A stretch of 64,000 nucleotides of DNA. It comes from Thiomicrorhabdus sp. (GTDB taxonomy: Bacteria > Pseudomonadota > Gammaproteobacteria > Thiomicrospirales > Thiomicrospiraceae). Below, in pieces: positions 7,916 to 17,093 of this stretch. Every line of letters starts with the position of its first letter. The stretch's first letter is position 1. The translations under genes and the position numbers were made by a program. A model generated the notes under the pieces. The model saw only the letters and a program-made list of their open reading frames with translations. It did not search any database and had not been told where the DNA came from. The DNA is taken from positions 139,838-203,837 of the forward strand of contig NZ_CAXXLT010000001.1 of assembly GCF_963677875.2 (NCBI RefSeq), in the 5' to 3' direction.

Positions 7916-10111
7916 ATGCAACAGGCCCGTCAGAGGAAGACGACTCAAACAATGACAATACAAGCGTTATACAAACAACTTTTCGGCGACATTCAGCGTG
8001 ATGCAAAGCAGGTCGAACGTTACACCAAAGCCTGCGAACTGGCAATTGAAGCACAGGGGCTGCCTGAAAAAAGCATCGTGAGAAGTACCGATGTCGCCAT
8101 AATCCTGGCCGATCTGAATATTGACGAAGAAACCTTGATCGCAACACTGTTAAGCGATGGTAATCTGGAAGAAGCTTACAGTGACGACTTTATCCGTTCC
8201 GGCTTCGGAGCCTCGACATCCGATCTTGTTCATGGAATTCGTAAACTGAATCAGTTCAAAGAATTTGATGTCGAACGCAAGAGTGATGCCGTGCAAAACG
8301 AGCGATTGCGGCAGATGCTGCTGGCAATGACTTCCGATATTCGAATTATGATCGTCAAACTCGCCTACCGGGTCGCACGATTACGTCATCTGAAATACGA
8401 GGATGAAAATGTTCGCCACCTGATTGCCGCAGAAACCGAGCTGATTTTCTCTCCGCTGGCAAACCGTCTTGGTATTGCGCAGCTGAAATGGGAGCTGGAA
8501 GATCTTTCCTTCCGTTATCTGCATCCACAGAAGTACAAAGAAATTGCCAGTTTATTACAGTCCAAGCGTACCGAACGTGAGCTGTATATTCAGGACATGA
8601 TCAAGCAACTGGAAGCGCTGCTTGCTAAGGAAGGTATCAAAGCTAAAATCAGCGGACGCCCCAAACACATCTACAGCATCTGGAAAAAGATGCAGCGTAA
8701 AAATCTGACGATTGACGAACTCTTCGATCTTCGGGCGGTGCGAATTTATGTGGATAGCGTCACGACCTGTTATGAGGCTCTTGGCTTGATCCACAGCAGC
8801 TGGAATTACGTTAAGCAGGAGTTTGACGATTACATTGCTACCCCGAAAGAAAATGGCTATCAATCCATTCATACGGTTATTATCGGCCCGGGCGGTCAGA
8901 CCGTTGAGATACAGATTCGCACCCATGAAATGCATCATAACGCGGAATACGGTATTGCCGCTCACTGGCGCTATAAGGAAGGCGGCAAAAGCTATGACAG
9001 TAACCTGGAGCGAAGCATTGCAAATGTTCGACAGTTGCTGGAAAACTCCGACGATCCCGATGTGTTCAAAGAGATCAGTACAGAGCTGCAAAGCCAGAAT
9101 ATCTTTGTTATGACGCCGACCAACCAGATCATTACTTTGCGCCAGGGATCCACCCCGCTTGATTTTGCCTACAATATTCATACCGAGCTTGGCCACAGCT
9201 GCCGCGGAGCCAAAGTAAATGGTCGAATTCAGCCGCTGAGTCACCTATTGAAAACCGGCGATAAAGTGGAAATTTTATCGGTTAAAAATGGTCAGCCTTC
9301 GCGAAACTGGCTGAATCCCAACCTTGGATACTTAACCAGCAGTAGCGCGCGCAACAAGGTTCGCAGTTGGTTTAACAAGCAGAATCGTAGTGAAAACATT
9401 GAGGCCGGTGAAGCTCTGTATCATAGAGAAATCAAACGTCTGCATGCCGAGGAAATTCACATTCAGGACGTGGTTGCCCGCTTTAAACTTGAAAACAGCG
9501 AAATACTCTTTGAAGAGCTGGGTAAAGGACGCATCAATGATCGGCAGCTCAATAATGCTATTCAGACGTTACTGAAGCCCGAAAAACACACTTTCGAGCA
9601 AACACAGCGTTCGATCAGGTTCAGAGAACCGAGTCTTGAAGGTGATATGCGGAGCGCTCGTGCCTATGTTGTCGGCGCCAGTAATCTGGCAACCAATCTG
9701 GCGCCCTGCTGTACTCCGCACCCGGGTGACGACATTGTCGGTTATGTCACTCGTGGACGCGGAATTACCGTTCATACACGGGAATGTGCCAATGTTCTTA
9801 ACCTGAATCACAATGAGCAACAAAGACTGATTGAAGTCGTTTGGGATAAAGAGCTGGCGGAGAATCCGCTTTATGATGCCGAGCTGCATGTTCTGGCCTT
9901 TGATCGCAAAGGATTGTTACGTGATGTAATGAGCGTTTTGACCGACATGGACATTAACTTGATTGCTTCGCAGACGGAAACCGATCAGCAGGAACGCAGC
10001 GTCACCATGAAGTTGACCATCGAACTCAGTGCCGGAATGAATCTTGGGGATTTACTGGATCGGATTGAAGTGGTTCAGAACGTGGAATCCGCCAGCATTA
10101 AAACTTTGTAA
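7916..10111 (+). CDS. relA: GTP pyrophosphokinase (RelA, (p)ppGpp synthetase I)
   Basis: 731 aa. Degenerate HD region (ATLLSDGNLEE instead of HD), synthetase motifs (DLRAVRIYV, GYQSIHTVI, EIQIRTHEMH, AAHWRYKEG), and TGS and ACT-like C-terminal domains. An alternative start is Met-13 (7952). Confidence 0.92.
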   Translation: MQQARQRKTTQTMTIQALYKQLFGDIQRDAKQVERYTKACELAIEAQGLPEKSIVRSTDVAIILADLNIDEETLIATLLSDGNLEEAYSDDFIRSGFGASTSDLVHGIRKLNQFKEFDVERKSDAVQNERLRQMLLAMTSDIRIMIVKLAYRVARLRHLKYEDENVRHLIAAETELIFSPLANRLGIAQLKWELEDLSFRYLHPQKYKEIASLLQSKRTERELYIQDMIKQLEALLAKEGIKAKISGRPKHIYSIWKKMQRKNLTIDELFDLRAVRIYVDSVTTCYEALGLIHSSWNYVKQEFDDYIATPKENGYQSIHTVIIGPGGQTVEIQIRTHEMHHNAEYGIAAHWRYKEGGKSYDSNLERSIANVRQLLENSDDPDVFKEISTELQSQNIFVMTPTNQIITLRQGSTPLDFAYNIHTELGHSCRGAKVNGRIQPLSHLLKTGDKVEILSVKNGQPSRNWLNPNLGYLTSSSARNKVRSWFNKQNRSENIEAGEALYHREIKRLHAEEIHIQDVVARFKLENSEILFEELGKGRINDRQLNNAIQTLLKPEKHTFEQTQRSIRFREPSLEGDMRSARAYVVGASNLATNLAPCCTPHPGDDIVGYVTRGRGITVHTRECANVLNLNHNEQQRLIEVVWDKELAENPLYDAELHVLAFDRKGLLRDVMSVLTDMDINLIASQTETDQQERSVTMKLTIELSAGMNLGDLLDRIEVVQNVESASIKTL

Positions 10112-10160
10112 GCGGGGTTCGATGCCCCTTCCCTGGGGCATAAATTTCAGAATACTCAGG

Positions 10161-10196
10161 CGCCGGAGTTCAACTAACTCCGGCGTTTTGTTTTTT
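10161..10196 (+). terminator. Rho-independent terminator of relA
   Basis: CGCCGGAGTT-caact-AACTCCGGCG 10-bp stem followed by TTTTGTTTTTT. Confidence 0.8.
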
Positions 10197-10231
10197 GACA
10201 GACTTGGAAGACGGACAAAATCTTCAGGTAT

Positions 10232-10264
10232 AAAAAAACCCGCTATAACCGAAGGTATAGCGGG
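10232..10264 (-). terminator. Rho-independent terminator of the tRNA operon
   Basis: CCCGCTATA(A)CC / GGTATAGCGGG stem followed on the minus strand by T7, directly after the last tRNA. Confidence 0.75.
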
Positions 10265-10272
10265 TTTTGAAT

Positions 10273-10348
10273 TGGCGTCCCGTAGGGGAGTCGAACCCCT
10301 GTTACAGCCGTGAAAGGGCCGTGTCCTAGGCCTCTAGACGAACGGGAC
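10273..10348 (-). tRNA. tRNA-Glu (UUC)
   Basis: The reverse complement GTCCCGTTCGTCTAGAGGCCTAGGACACGGCCCTTTCACGGCTGTAACAGGGGTTCGACTCCCCTACGGGACGCCA is near-identical to E. coli tRNA-Glu. The CCA end is encoded. Confidence 0.96.
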
Positions 10349-10459
10349 GTTTTTGATAAATCAAAACGACTTTATCGAGATTTGAATGAAAAATCAGAGA
10401 TTTTCATTCCGGCTTGACGATTGATTGTAAATGCCTAGGTCAATCGACACACCAAAATT

Positions 10460-10534
10460 TGGAGCGGGAAACGAGGATCGAACTCGCGACCCCAACCTTG
10501 GCAAGGTTGTGCTCTACCGCTGAGCTATTCCCGC
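10460..10534 (-). tRNA. tRNA-Gly (GCC)
   Basis: Reverse complement GCGGGAATAGCTCAGCGGTAGAGCACAACCTTGCCAAGGTTGGGGTCGCGAGTTCGATCCTCGTTTCCCGCTCCA. Anticodon loop is CTTGCCAAG. Confidence 0.96.
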
Positions 10535-10540
10535 ATAGTG

Positions 10541-10616
10541 TGGCGTCCCGTAGGGGAGTCGAACCCCTGTTACAGCCGTGAAAGGGCCGTGTCCTAGGCC
10601 TCTAGACGAACGGGAC
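10541..10616 (-). tRNA. tRNA-Glu (UUC), second identical copy
   Basis: 76/76 identical to 10273-10348. Confidence 0.96.
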
Positions 10617-10698
10617 ACACATTGTGATTTTAATCTCTTAAAATCGATATTCGGCAATTGAATGATCCGGCCTAGTTTGGATCTTGCCTGTCAGCTTT

Positions 10699-10774
10699 TG
10701 GTGGAGCTAAGCGGGATCGAACCGCTGACCTCAACACTGCCAGTGTTGCGCTCTCCCAGCTGAGCTATAGCCCC
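10699..10774 (-). tRNA. tRNA-Ala (GGC)
   Basis: Reverse complement GGGGCTATAGCTCAGCTGGGAGAGCGCAACACTGGCAGTGTTGAGGTCAGCGGTTCGATCCCGCTTAGCTCCACCA. It carries the G3:U70 identity pair and anticodon GGC. Confidence 0.96.
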
Positions 10775-10792
10775 TCGAGCTGATGGGTGCGT

Positions 10793-10820
10793 ATTATATA
10801 GAGTTGACGACTACCGTCAA
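10793..10820 (-). promoter_or_regulatory. sigma-70 promoter of the tRNA operon
   Basis: The minus strand reads TTGACG-16 nt-TATAAT followed by the GC-rich discriminator ACGCACCC. An A/T-tract UP-like region lies upstream (10821-10860). The predicted TSS is ~10 nt before tRNA-Ala. Confidence 0.65.
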
Positions 10821-10912
10821 GCATTAAATGTAAAAAAATCGTCATTTTTTCGCTTTTTTTCGGCGCTCCGAACATTGGACTTTCTAAGTCCTTGTTTTTG
10901 CAAAAATCGCCG

Positions 10913-10940
10913 ATAAAAAAAGGGGATCACTCCCCTTTTC
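10913..10940 (-). terminator. Rho-independent terminator of gltX
   Basis: AGGGGA-tcac-TCCCCT stem followed on the minus strand by T7. Confidence 0.65.
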
Positions 10941-10992
10941 CTACACAATGCGCCATCTCATTACAGATCGATTTGGCGGCGTTTTAAATTAT

Positions 10993-12402
10993 TTAATTTG
11001 CCGCGCGCGCTGCAATAAAGTCCAGCGCCATATCAATTCTTTGCAGACAGCGGTTCCGACCGATCAGTTGGGCTGTCATATCAATGGCCGGAGACTGGCC
11101 GCCACCGGTAATGGCAACACGCAACGGCATACCCACCTTGCCCATACCGACTTCAAGGCTGTCGGCGGTCTCTTGAATGGCTGTATGGATGCTTTCAGCT
11201 GCCCAGTCATCAAGTGCTTCAAGTTTGGTGCGTAATTGCTGCAAGGGTTCCTGAGCTACCGGGCGCAGATGTTTTTTGGCGGCCCCCGCTTCAAACGCAT
11301 CGAAATCCTTATAGAAATATACGCTGCCTTCGGCCATCTCAACCAAGGTTTTGGCGCGATCTCGCAGTAAATCCGCAACTTCCGCTAAAGCTGGGCCTTG
11401 AGACAGGTCACAACCGTGCTGGGCAACAAATGGGGAAAGGTGACGAGCCAGATGTTCAGCGTCCGCAGCCTTGATGTGTTGTTCGTTAATCCAGGTCAAT
11501 TTAACGGTATCGAAGCTTGACGGCGAACCGTTCACATTATCCAGATCGAAATGTTCGATCATTTCATCGATGCTGAACACTTCCTGATCACCATGCGACC
11601 AGCCAAGGCGAACCAGATAATTCAACAAGGCTTCCGGCAAAAAGCCCTGCTCTTTATATTGCAGAACACTCACGGCACCGTGACGTTTCGATAAACGGCT
11701 GCCGTCTTCTCCCAGCACCATCGGAATATGCGCAAATTTCGGCACATCCGCGCCCATTGCTTTATACATGTTGATCTGACGCGGTGTGTTGTTCAAGTGA
11801 TCATCGCCACGGATAACATGACTGACACCCATATCCCAATCGTCAACCACCACCGTCAGGTTATAGGTCGGCGTACCGTCAGAGCGCGCGATAATCAGAT
11901 CGTCCAGCTCTTTATTGGCAATGACAACTCGACCTTTGACCAGATCTTCAATCACAACCTCGCCGTCCACCGGGTTTTTAAAACGGATAACCGGATCGAT
12001 TCCCTCAGGCGGTGTGCCGTCGAAATCACGATAGCGACCATCGTAGCGAGGTTTTTCTCCGCGGGCTTTTTGCGCTTCACGCATTTCATCCAGCTCTTCC
12101 GGCGTCGCGTAACAATAGTAAGCCAGCCCCTTATCAAACAATTGCTGAATCACTTCTTTATAGCGTTCAAAACGATGGGTCTGGTAAATCGGCCCTTGAT
12201 CGTAATCCAACCCGAGCCAGCTCATGCCTTCCAGAATGGCGTTTACCGATTCTTCGGTTGAGCGTTCCAAATCGGTGTCTTCGATTCGGAGAATGAACTC
12301 TCCACCTAAACGTTTGGCGTATAACCAGGAATAAAGCGCGGTGCGGACACCGCCGATATGCAAATAGCCTGTCGGGCTGGGTGCAAAACGAGTGCGAATC
12401 AC
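10993..12402 (-). CDS. gltX: glutamate--tRNA ligase
   Basis: 469 aa. [14 protein letters not shown] (HIGH) and LSKRHG (KMSKS) motifs. GTG start with GGAG 8 nt upstream. Confidence 0.96.
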   Translation of the reverse strand: MIRTRFAPSPTGYLHIGGVRTALYSWLYAKRLGGEFILRIEDTDLERSTEESVNAILEGMSWLGLDYDQGPIYQTHRFERYKEVIQQLFDKGLAYYCYATPEELDEMREAQKARGEKPRYDGRYRDFDGTPPEGIDPVIRFKNPVDGEVVIEDLVKGRVVIANKELDDLIIARSDGTPTYNLTVVVDDWDMGVSHVIRGDDHLNNTPRQINMYKAMGADVPKFAHIPMVLGEDGSRLSKRHGAVSVLQYKEQGFLPEALLNYLVRLGWSHGDQEVFSIDEMIEHFDLDNVNGSPSSFDTVKLTWINEQHIKAADAEHLARHLSPFVAQHGCDLSQGPALAEVADLLRDRAKTLVEMAEGSVYFYKDFDAFEAGAAKKHLRPVAQEPLQQLRTKLEALDDWAAESIHTAIQETADSLEVGMGKVGMPLRVAITGGGQSPAIDMTAQLIGRNRCLQRIDMALDFIAARAAN

Positions 12403-12482
12403 AAATAGACTCCAAATTTTTGATGACTAGGAAAATAAAGGGCATATTATAAACCCGATGCTTCCCCTGCTCCGGGTTAATT

Positions 12483-13472
12483 TTATTTGCGGCTTTTCAT
12501 CCATACCGGGTGCAGGAACAGCAGAAGAATCAATAGGATGAGAATCAGCAAAAGCAAACTACTCCAGAGCCAAAGCAAGCCGCTGCCGAGCATATCGGCC
12601 ATATACTGCGAGGCCAGACCATAGGCGGCAAGAGGGTAAATATATGACCAGGCCGCACGGGTGATTCCGCTTTGATAGAAGAAACGCAATGACAGAATCC
12701 ACAGCAACAGAAACAGTGTTGCAAAACTGTAAGTTACCCAGATGATCAGCTTCAGGGCGTGCGATGCGGTCTGCGTATCCAATAAAATTGAAGCAACACA
12801 GGCCAGAGAAGCCGGGGCCAGAAAAATAAACAGGCTGGGACGGAACAGGGTTGGTATCGGCAGAAAAAAAATTAAGCGCATCAACAGAGTAACGCTGAAA
12901 CTAAACCAGAACAGTAAACCGACCGCATAGAACAGCCAGCGGAATTCCAGCCAATTGCCGTCGACTTCGCCAAAAAAGTGCAAGCTACTGATGATAACGA
13001 TGAAGTTACCGGACAGTAAAATAAACCAGGTTGGCATATGCTGTGACAGCAGAAGTTCCTTTTCGAAGAGCCAACCCCCCAGTAATATCAGATTCAGACT
13101 CAGGTGAAGCAGGATCAATCCCCATAGAACGACAGAAAGCATCTCGTCCAGACGACTGTCTTGAATGCTCAGACTGACAGCCATTAATGCCAGCATCGCT
13201 GTGAGCGTGACCGAGGGAAAGAAGGATCTCAAAAACGGATCTTGCCATTCGGATCGCAAACGCGCTCCCGGCTCGTTTTGGAAAAAATGCCAGAGATATA
13301 ATACCGAGAGTCCAAGAAGGCTGACGACGCCGAGCAGCCACAACCCAAAGGCAAGATTTTCCGCACCATGGATGTATTCGGCAAAATGGTAGGCATTCAT
13401 CCCGGCACCAATCAAACCCATCGGCATACCGAAATATACAATTGAGGAGGAAAATCGCAACCGCTTGATCAA
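12483..13472 (-). CDS. TehA/SLAC1 (TDT) family anion channel/transporter, paralogue 1
   Basis: 329 aa, ~10 TM helices. It aligns block by block with the neighbouring paralogue (HMPTWFILLSGNFIV / MNPAWFIPVVGNIVV; SLFIFLAPASLA / TLFILIAPPAVG; WSYIYPLAAYGLAS / WAYSFPLAAIMLAS). TTG start with GAGGGGG upstream. Confidence 0.8.
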   Translation of the reverse strand: MIKRLRFSSSIVYFGMPMGLIGAGMNAYHFAEYIHGAENLAFGLWLLGVVSLLGLSVLYLWHFFQNEPGARLRSEWQDPFLRSFFPSVTLTAMLALMAVSLSIQDSRLDEMLSVVLWGLILLHLSLNLILLGGWLFEKELLLSQHMPTWFILLSGNFIVIISSLHFFGEVDGNWLEFRWLFYAVGLLFWFSFSVTLLMRLIFFLPIPTLFRPSLFIFLAPASLACVASILLDTQTASHALKLIIWVTYSFATLFLLLWILSLRFFYQSGITRAAWSYIYPLAAYGLASQYMADMLGSGLLWLWSSLLLLILILLILLLFLHPVWMKSRK

Positions 13473-13645
13473 ACATGCCCCCTCTTCTGGTGGGTGTGAA
13501 ACGTGAGTGTTCCCGGATTTTCTTTATATCGCAATTCCAGTTTCATTTTTACCTGTGCAATGACCGCAACGCTGAAAATGCCGGGATTCAAAACATGATT
13601 AAATAACCTTCGACCTTCAAGGTCAATAACCAAAACCTTCTCTAC

Positions 13646-13658
13646 ACCGATAATCGGT
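13646..13658. promoter_or_regulatory. perfect 13-bp palindrome (candidate operator) abutting a TATAAT box
   Basis: ACCGAT-A-ATCGGT lies in the divergent control region. Its last base is the first T of TATAAT (13658-13663, plus strand). Confidence 0.3.
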
Positions 13659-13786
13659 ATAATAAAAAATCCAAAAAACGAATCCGGCAAGCTGGCCTGT
13701 TCTCAAACGTTGCCAACTTCGGTGACAGCAAGGCCGTCACCAGCCGGAAAATTTCTGCCAACCAGAGAAAATAAAAGGATGTTTTT

Positions 13787-14809
13787 ATGAGTGCAGATTC
13801 GGATTCAGGTTCCAGACTTGCCTATTTCCCCATTAACCTGTTCGGTGCGATTATGGGGTATGCCGGTTTGACACTGGGCTTTTTAAAGGTTCACGAATTG
13901 TTTGGCATTGACTACGGCGCTTTTCTCATCTTGACGGTGCTGACGACGCTGTTTTTCATTTTGATTACCGCGTTTTATGCGATCAAGCTCGTCCGTTTTC
14001 CGGAATCGGTCAAAGAAGATTTTTCTCACCCGGTTGCGCTGCATTTTTTCCCCACTTTCAGCATCAGCCTGCTTCTGCTCAGTTTGATATTTAAAGGGGT
14101 CAACTTCCAGCTTGCCCAGGTCATGTGGTATCTCGGTACGGTTTTACATTTTATTCTGGTTCTGATGATTCTCAACAGCTGGATTCATCACGAAAAATGG
14201 CAGATCACGCATATGAATCCCGCCTGGTTTATCCCGGTTGTCGGAAATATTGTAGTCCCTCTGGGAGCCGTCGAATTTTCCAATATTGAAGTTGGCTGGT
14301 TCTTTTTCAGTGTCGGACTGATTTTCTGGCTGGTGCTGTTCAGCATTGTCATGTATCGGCTGTTCTTTCATCCACCATTATTGAAGCTGTTGGAGCCGAC
14401 GCTGTTTATTTTGATCGCGCCTCCGGCGGTTGGTTTTCTGTCTTACCAGGAACTGAACGGCGGGGTTTTAGACGACTTTTCGCGTATTCTGTTCAATATG
14501 GCGCTGTTCATGACTCTCCTTCTATTCAGCCAGACGCTTCGTTTCATTCGCATTCCATTCGCCTTGTCCTGGTGGGCTTACAGCTTCCCTTTAGCGGCCA
14601 TTATGCTCGCCAGTTTTCATTTCTATGCTTTGACCGATATTGCATTATACGGCTTAATCGGAGCTTTTCTCCTCGCGGTATTGGCCGCATTGATCCTGCA
14701 TTTGACCGCAAAAACATTATGGGCGGCAAAACAGGGTACGCTTTGTCATCCTTTGCCGGGAAGCAAACCGCAAGGGACACCGCCTCCGGCCCCAGCTTCG
14801 GAAAAATGA
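13787..14809 (+). CDS. TehA/SLAC1 (TDT) family anion channel/transporter, paralogue 2
   Basis: 340 aa, ~10 TM helices, AAGGA RBS. Has a Pro-rich C-terminal tail (PGSKPQGTPPPAPASEK). Confidence 0.85.
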   Translation: MSADSDSGSRLAYFPINLFGAIMGYAGLTLGFLKVHELFGIDYGAFLILTVLTTLFFILITAFYAIKLVRFPESVKEDFSHPVALHFFPTFSISLLLLSLIFKGVNFQLAQVMWYLGTVLHFILVLMILNSWIHHEKWQITHMNPAWFIPVVGNIVVPLGAVEFSNIEVGWFFFSVGLIFWLVLFSIVMYRLFFHPPLLKLLEPTLFILIAPPAVGFLSYQELNGGVLDDFSRILFNMALFMTLLLFSQTLRFIRIPFALSWWAYSFPLAAIMLASFHFYALTDIALYGLIGAFLLAVLAALILHLTAKTLWAAKQGTLCHPLPGSKPQGTPPPAPASEK

Positions 14810-14862
14810 TGCCCTGAGCGTAAATATCTGCAAAAATTTAACCGCTAAACGCGATTTACAGA

Positions 14863-14896
14863 GCGGTTCGGTAACAACAGTCCGAACCGCCATTTT
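14863..14896 (+). terminator. Rho-independent terminator
   Basis: GCGGTTCGG-10 nt loop-CCGAACCGC perfect 9-bp stem followed by CATTTTG. Confidence 0.6.
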
Positions 14897-14914
14897 GATC
14901 TACCTGCCTGATAT

Positions 14915-16720
14915 GTGATTTATATGACTTTCGATACGATCCACTACGAACTGGAACTACTTGATCCGCATGCCCACCTTTTTGAAGTGAAATTGACGAT
15001 TGCCCATCCAGAGCAACCTTCGCAAACCGTTTCCCTGCCAAACTGGATTCCCGGCAGCTATCTGATTCGCGATTTTTCCAAACACTTGATCGATCTGCAA
15101 GCCTTCGATGCGCAGGGCAATTCAGTTGATCTGACAGCTTTGGATAAGTCTTCCTGGAAATTCAGTTGTGATCGTGCAACAACACTGACTTATCAAGTAT
15201 ATGCCTGGGATTTGTCGGTGCGCGGGGCTTACTTTGACGATCAAAGAGCTTTTTTTAACGGGACTTCGGTTTTTCTGCAAACCGAGGGGCAGAGCGACCT
15301 GCCTCACACCCTGCACCTGAAGACAAACCGTTTTACCCGGGAAAAATGCTGGTGCGCCGCCAGTGGAATGCCGCAGATCAATGTTGATGCCAGTGGTTTC
15401 GGCAAGTACCAGACCGAAAACTATGCGGCCTTAATTGATTACCCATTTGAAATCGGTACGCATCAAACGCTCGATTTCGAAGCCTGTAATATTCCGCATA
15501 AAATGGTAATTTCCGGAATTTTCGAATGTGACTTCGAACGCCTGAAACAGGATTTAATTAAAATTTGCGAAACCGAAATCAACCTTTTTGGTTCCGCTCC
15601 GATGGACAGCTACCTGTTTCAGCTTTTTGTCACCGGCAACGACTATGGTGGCCTCGAACACCGCAATTCGACCGCGTTGATTTGCAGTCGAGACGACCTC
15701 CCCTATATCGGGATGCAGGAAGCAAGCGATGGCTATGTCCGTTTGCTGGAACTTTGCAGTCACGAGTATTTTCACAGCTGGAATGTCAAGAGCATTCAAC
15801 CGCAAGCGTTTCAGAATGCCGATTTGCAACAGCCGCAATACACGCACCAGCTTTGGTGGTTTGAAGGCGTTACTTCTTATTACGATGCTTTGATTTTACT
15901 GCGAGCAAACGTGATTAATGAAGCACGCTACCTGCAGCTGCTCGGCGAACAGATGACACGAGTCTATCGCATGCCGGGTAGATTCAGGCAATCGGTTGCC
16001 GATTCCAGCTGGTTTACCTGGACCAAATTTTATCAACAGGACGAAAATGCTCCGAATGCAATCATCAGCTATTACACTAAAGGCAGTTTGATCGCTCTCG
16101 CTCTGGACCTGTTTTTGCGCCAACACTCCAATGGCGATTTCACGCTTGATGATATTCTGCGCCACCTTTGGGAACAGTACGGTCGAAACGGCATTTCCCT
16201 GCAGGAAAAACAGATCGAATCGCTATGCTCTGAACTCAGCGGTTACGACTTTCAATCGTTTTTTGACCAATACCTCTATGACACAAAAGACCTGCCTTTT
16301 GAAGAAATACTGCGTGAATTCGGCTATCGTTTTGAGCGACGTCCATACCAAGGGCTGAACGACCTTGGCGGTACTTCCGGAACTTCCCTGCTGAAAATGT
16401 CTCTGGGTATGAATGTGAAAGCAGAAGTTCAAGGGCTTCGGGTAACGCATGTCTGGAATGATTCCGCAGCTCATAAAGCCGGTTTGTCGGCCGGTGACCT
16501 TCTTATTGCTCTGGACAAGCTGAAAATTGACTCAATTGCCCAGCTTGAACAGAAATTGCAACGCGCTCGAAACGGCGTGCAATGGCACTGCCATTATTTC
16601 CGGCGCGATGAATTGAGAGAAGCTCTGTTGCTTCCCGAAGCCTCAGTATCGGATCGAGTCGTCATCAGCCGAATGAATGCGCAGGAAATGTCGGAAAAAG
16701 GAAGCTTATCATGGATTTAA
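14915..16720 (+). CDS. M61 family glycyl aminopeptidase with C-terminal PDZ domain
   Basis: 601 aa. Zinc motif SHEYFHSWN (HExxH) and a C-terminal PDZ-like segment (AAHKAGLSAGDLLIALD). The ORF-track start is GTG; ATG 14924 (MTFDTIHY) is an equally likely start. Confidence 0.88.
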   Translation: MIYMTFDTIHYELELLDPHAHLFEVKLTIAHPEQPSQTVSLPNWIPGSYLIRDFSKHLIDLQAFDAQGNSVDLTALDKSSWKFSCDRATTLTYQVYAWDLSVRGAYFDDQRAFFNGTSVFLQTEGQSDLPHTLHLKTNRFTREKCWCAASGMPQINVDASGFGKYQTENYAALIDYPFEIGTHQTLDFEACNIPHKMVISGIFECDFERLKQDLIKICETEINLFGSAPMDSYLFQLFVTGNDYGGLEHRNSTALICSRDDLPYIGMQEASDGYVRLLELCSHEYFHSWNVKSIQPQAFQNADLQQPQYTHQLWWFEGVTSYYDALILLRANVINEARYLQLLGEQMTRVYRMPGRFRQSVADSSWFTWTKFYQQDENAPNAIISYYTKGSLIALALDLFLRQHSNGDFTLDDILRHLWEQYGRNGISLQEKQIESLCSELSGYDFQSFFDQYLYDTKDLPFEEILREFGYRFERRPYQGLNDLGGTSGTSLLKMSLGMNVKAEVQGLRVTHVWNDSAAHKAGLSAGDLLIALDKLKIDSIAQLEQKLQRARNGVQWHCHYFRRDELREALLLPEASVSDRVVISRMNAQEMSEKGSLSWI

Positions 16721-16972
16721 AGCAATCGGACACCTTGATCACTGAACAGGACAAGCGCTTGCAGGAGCTTCACCAGTTGATTGATTCGATGCAAATCGAG
16801 CAAAGCTATCAAAGCGAATCGCTGCAAGCCATCGAAAAAAACCCTGTTGCAACAGCATCAGCAGATTCAACAATTACAAACGCAGTTAAAGCTATTGTCG
16901 GAATATTTAAAAACTTTGCGTGAGGAAGCTATTCGAAACCCGGCAGACGAAGTTCCACCACCGCATTATTAA
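16711..16972 (+). pseudogene. slyX: slyX homologue split by a +1 frameshift in an A7 run
   Basis: Frame 1 (16711-16923) encodes the N-terminal part (KRLQELHQLID...SLQAIEK). Frame 2 (to 16972) encodes the C-terminal part ending in the SlyX signature PPPHY. The frames join at A7 (16835-16841), and removing one A gives a continuous 86-aa SlyX-like coiled coil. Confidence 0.75.
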
Positions 16973-17021
16973 ACAAAATTACTTTTGGGGTTGCTGGTAT
17001 TTTTCCGTATTTCGAGACAAT

Positions 17022-17050
17022 AAAAAAACCGCAGCTATTGCGGTTTTTTA
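17022..17050. terminator. bidirectional Rho-independent terminator (slyX / rluB)
   Basis: A7-ACCGCA-gctat-TGCGGT-T6. Confidence 0.75.
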
Positions 17051-17093
17051 TGTACTTTTTAACGAAAAGCGAATCTCGCTTTTTTAACTTTTT

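Noticed and set aside
8555-9244. 229-aa ORF antisense to relA. Similar long antisense ORFs lie at 5827-6348, 11728-12261, 38978-39559, 47704-48396 and 63237-63914, and at 23288-23932 spanning eamA/darP.
   Set aside because: Each lies opposite a well-supported conserved gene and has an atypical composition and no recognisable motifs. These are the usual shadow ORFs of coding regions.
10113-10140. tRNA-like T-arm sequence (GGGGTTCGATGCCCC) just after the relA stop; considered as a tRNA 3' fragment or integration scar.
   Set aside because: The stem has only 4 bp, and there is no acceptor-stem complement and no CCA. The sequence also folds as a simple ATGCCCC/GGGGCAT hairpin. No integrase or direct repeat of a tRNA 3' end lies nearby.
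13469-13690. 73-aa ORF (TTG start) in the divergent region between the two TehA-like genes; considered as a possible small regulator.
   Set aside because: It has a non-ATG start without an RBS, a hydrophobic low-complexity N-terminus and no HTH-like segment. It overlaps the likely promoter and operator DNA.
16834-16842. Programmed -1 ribosomal frameshifting on the A-AAA-AAC heptamer in slyX.
   Set aside because: The -1 frame hits a stop after 17 codons (…AAA AAA CCC TGT … AGT TAA). Only a +1/-2 event or loss of one A joins the two SlyX halves.
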